Of a stretch of 64,000 nucleotides of DNA, positions 48,824-64,000 are shown one piece after another. The stretch is from Malacoraja senta (lineage: Eukaryota). The stretch spans positions 6,264,001-6,328,000 of the forward strand of contig CM075996.1 of NCBI GenBank assembly GCA_038087875.1, given 5' to 3'. How positions within the stretch are numbered: position 1 is the stretch's first letter; each line of letters starts with the position of its first letter. The translations under genes and the position numbers were made by a program. The notes under the pieces were generated by a model. The model ran no database searches. It was not told the origin of the DNA and saw only the letters and a list, made by a program, of their open reading frames with translations.

Positions 48824-50349
48824 TTATTAATGAACATCTCATTGTTCTTAGAAAATCCATCTGCTTTTTAGAAGTTAGTCATTTATGTCTAAATGAAAAT
48901 TCCAGAGCATTTATAATGGCATGAAGTAATTGGAGATGACTTGAGGTGATGTAGTGAACCATGATTTTCTTTTCTGAATAATCGGTTGTAGCATGTCATA
49001 GTTTGGTGGTGTCCGTGTGGCAGTGTTGGTGATGGTGTTGTAGTCGGTTGGAATCTGTTCATGTTGCACGGTGTCAGACTATAGCATCTATGTTAGTGTG
49101 CTGGTTTCTGTTAGTTCTCTTACCGTGTGTTGAGTTGTTAAGGTACAGTTTGTTGAGTGTCTATAATCAGACAACAGTAGGTGCTTCATTGTGTCAGCTT
49201 GTGACGTCTAACAGCATGGGCTGCAATATCCATCCTGCCGTTTGCTGGCATCCTAACTGGAATGAATGGCTGCTATTTGCATTGCCTGGCAACATCTCAC
49301 CAATTGCATCAGATTTATGATGGAACTTTGTAGTCCCTCCTAATAGCAAGTCCCACACTGTTCGTACAGGGGATGAGATATTGTCCCTGTCTCTGTTGTT
49401 TCTTCCCCCCCACACACCTTCCCAAAAGAAAAGTCTGAAGAAAGGTCCCAATCCGAAAGTCATTTATTCATGTTCTCCAGGGATGCTACCTGATCCGCTG
49501 AGTTACTCCAGTACTTTGTGTCCTTTTCCCCTAAAAGAAAACTTTGTTTTCACATCATTGAGTGATACTTTACAGTTGTGCTGAATCTTTCATGTCTGAT
49601 TTTTCAAAAGCTGAAAACTACTTCAATTCAAAGTTGACTTTCCTTCATAATTCTGATTATGGCAGTAAGCACAGTCACATCCAGATCTTAAATAAATTAA
49701 TCCACTTTATAAAATGAATCCCATTGTAATTTTAAGAAGAATCATGTAGCTGGTAACCTAACTAATTCTAAGGTAGATTATGACATTTTGATTAGTATAT
49801 AATGGAGGTAAAGCAAACATCATTGGGAAATGCAATCTAAGAAAAAGTGTGCTGTTAAGAATTTATTCAATGTCATAGTTTTATGCTCTATCATAGTATA
49901 ACAAATCTATAATTGTCACCAAATTATTTTATCAATGTGAATTATTTTTTAAGTAGCATCTGTAAAGTCATCAAGTTAAATCATTTTTCAGATGGGGTCT
50001 GATTCTTAAAGAGTGTAGGGCTGACCAAGTGGCTGTATTACCTAGCCAATTCCATAGTGAGGTTGTCTTGGTCCTGCCATGACATTAGTTTATCCACCAT
50101 TTTCCCATTCTTGGCTTCGATAAGGGTTGAAATTGCCACTTAATGTTCAGTGTAATAAAGTGAATGAGAATAAAAGGTTGTAGGGGCTTCAATACAAATT
50201 GTCAGGAATTATTATTAGTTAGTGGTCTTTAGGTAAGAAATAAATATTGTGTTGTGCAAGGCTGCAGAAAAGTTGATCTGATGGGTCTGAGTGGAAAGAG
50301 GGAGCTCACCTTTGTGAACATGTCACCTCCTTTCTCTCCCGGATACTGT

Positions 50350-50830
50350 TCTTTTTTTTTCTTTTTTTCGAACTTTATTTCAAACAGATTAAAAAAAATA
50401 AAAAGCAAGTGTGAAACAGCATACAAAAAAAACAAAAAAAAACAAGAATATTTATAATATGTCATAAATGATATTTATAAATAAATGAATCGTATGTGTC
50501 CGAAAAGGAGCAGGAAGAAGCCAAAGCTTATTAATTCTTACCCCTTATTCAACTGCTTATAATTATCTTATACAAATTTAGCAGCTATAAACACCTATTT
50601 CCATATGTGCAACAAATTATTTACATTTATACACTAATCAAATATTTACAAAGCCATACAAAAAAAGAGAGAAACAAAAAGAAAAAAGAAAAAGAAAAAA
50701 ACCTCCTGTACTATACAGTATCTCTTAGTCATATATACTGTACAACCCATCACCCTATAATCACCCTTCCCAATACAATCAGTATAACAAATATCCCACT
50801 CAAAGTCACCTATCCTCATCCCAATATCCT
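50350..50830 (-). mobile_element. LINE 3' UTR fragment (L2/Crack-like); related copy at ~15980-16500
   Basis: Shared cgaaaaggag..gaagaag...cttatta..tct.acccc motif and T-rich tail on the + strand. Confidence 0.55.
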
Positions 50831-51673
50831 TTTTAAAAAGAGCTTTTGTACATCTTCATGGCATAGATGTTTTTATTAGGCACAGTCAGTGAATATATGT
50901 TGCCTTCTTCACTTCTAAAGTGAGCAATCCCCTAATGAATGGATGTAAGATTCTGCAGACGTTCATCCCAGGAGCCAGAAAGCAAAATAAAGTTTTCCCT
51001 ATGCCTTCACTCTAGTCGCAAACTGAGCCAGAGAATCCAATTGTGGGATCTCATTCACTGAGACCTCCTGTAGCCATGCAGTCTAGTTACATTGGACAAC
51101 CTTGGAGTGTTCATGTCTGATACCTGGAGTCACCAGCCAACATCAAAGCCAGGAACTCTTTTCTGGGAGTTTGTGTGGATGAACTGGTCACCATTTTGAA
51201 AAGCGATTCCATCTGTCCAGCCTGTAAAGAAGATAAATACCAGTAGCTAGCTCCTTGTTTCTACAATACCAACATATGCTGCGTGGATGATCTGACCCTT
51301 TGTCAGGCTGTTATAATGTGTCAAATTGTTGACATTAAAACAAAATTGGGTTGTAACACATCAAAGCATGCTAACCTGTTAGATTTTTGTTACACAGTGT
51401 CAGATTTTATTTGGATTACAGTGAATCGGGTTGTGACATCTTCCATGTAGCCAAGCAGTAGTGTCTCTGTTAAAAATGTCACACTGATTTAGGGCATATT
51501 AGGTTGAGGATCATTATAGTGTGTTGAGCTAAGGGTCAATTAGTGTGATGGAGTTATGTACCAGATTACATTTTTGACTGTTAGTTACCTGTTATGATTT
51601 TTCCTCTGTTTGATTGTGATGAATGTCGTTTATGATAATCTGTAGAGTTGCTAACTGTAACTCTCTCTTACAG

Positions 51674-51716
51674 CGCACTGGAGCATGGTTTTAAGGCACT
51701 GACTGATCGTTCAGTC

Positions 51717-51741
<25 letters not shown>
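51674..51741 (+). CDS. CNOT3: CNOT3-like exon with start codon (ATG 51717; MADKRKLQ + first base of G)
   Basis: Acceptor ctctctcttacag ends at 51673; Kozak gtcATGG; donor G|gtaaga at 51742. Confidence 0.95.
51685..51702 (+). promoter_or_regulatory. Upstream ORF (MVLRH*) in the 5' UTR part of the start-codon exon
   Basis: agcATGGTTTTAAGGCACTGA; A at -3 and G at +4; stop is 14 nt before the main ATG. Confidence 0.7.
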
Positions 51742-63375
<11,634 letters not shown>

Positions 63376-63719
63376 GTAGGAATAAGTGCTTTCATTCAGT
63401 TTACATGTTTATCTGGAACATATGTGCCTGTTATTGGATAATGTTGAGCATTTGTTTAATGCTTGTTACTGAAAAACCTGGTGCATACAACTTAAATTTT
63501 TGTTACTATGTATACTCAATTTCCTGCGAACACCCATGCAAACTTCTCGCTAACTCCTCAATTATATTACTAATAGTTGTGTTCTGCTACTCACATCCCA
63601 GCTACTGCGTGGTCTGAGTATGTCTCATATTCCTCTTGCCGTGTCACTCCGTATGCCCCTAGCATTCCTGTTTCTGTAATGTGTTGGGCAAGTCTCACTC
63701 CTGTTAACGGTTTACCGAA

Positions 63720-64000
63720 TAGAAACATAGAAAATAGGTGCAGGAGTAGGCCATTCGGCCCTTCGAGCCTGCACCGCCATTCAATATGCTCATGGCTGAT
63801 CATCCAACTCGGTATCCTGTACCTGCCTTCTCTCCATACCCACTGATCCCTTTAGCCACAAGGGCCACATCTAACTCCCTCTTAAATATAGCCAATGAAC
63901 TGGCCTCAACTACTTTCGGTGGCAGAGAATTCCACAGATTCACCACTCACTGTGTGAAAAAAAAAAATTCTCATCTCGGTCCTAAAAGACTTCCCCCTTA
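63720..64000 (-). mobile_element. Young CR1 3' end, running off the window
   Basis: Reverse complement of the 3' end of the 22640-23152 element. Confidence 0.88.

Overview
This is repeat-rich vertebrate genomic DNA, most likely a cartilaginous fish such as a skate or ray. That call is inferred from HE1-type V-SINEs and HER1/CR1 LINE fragments. The prokaryote-style ORF track is mostly noise. The window holds the 5' part of one + strand spliced gene, a CNOT3 (CCR4-NOT subunit 3/Not3) homologue. It has a CpG-island promoter with a 44-bp tandem repeat and a probable non-coding first exon (donor at 2763), about 49 kb of 5' intron, and seven coding exons (51717-63375) encoding aa 1-161; the gene runs off the window. 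The protein looks more diverged than typical vertebrate CNOT3, carries a strong-Kozak uORF, and has a 117-nt intron splitting what I recall as one 96-nt exon in human, so it may be a distinct paralogue. The introns are full of Penelope-like elements (PLEs) and roughly 25 copies of a minimal hammerhead-ribozyme motif. Many sit in 85-220 bp, often palindromic mini-elements flanked by 14-16 bp target-site duplications. Also present: Tx1, RTE, Rex-Babar and L2-like LINE fragments, hAT and Harbinger MITEs, a Tc1 fragment, and a ~7.5 kb graded series of related minisatellites. Element boundaries and comparisons with known proteins and repeat families were made by eye and from memory, not by database search.
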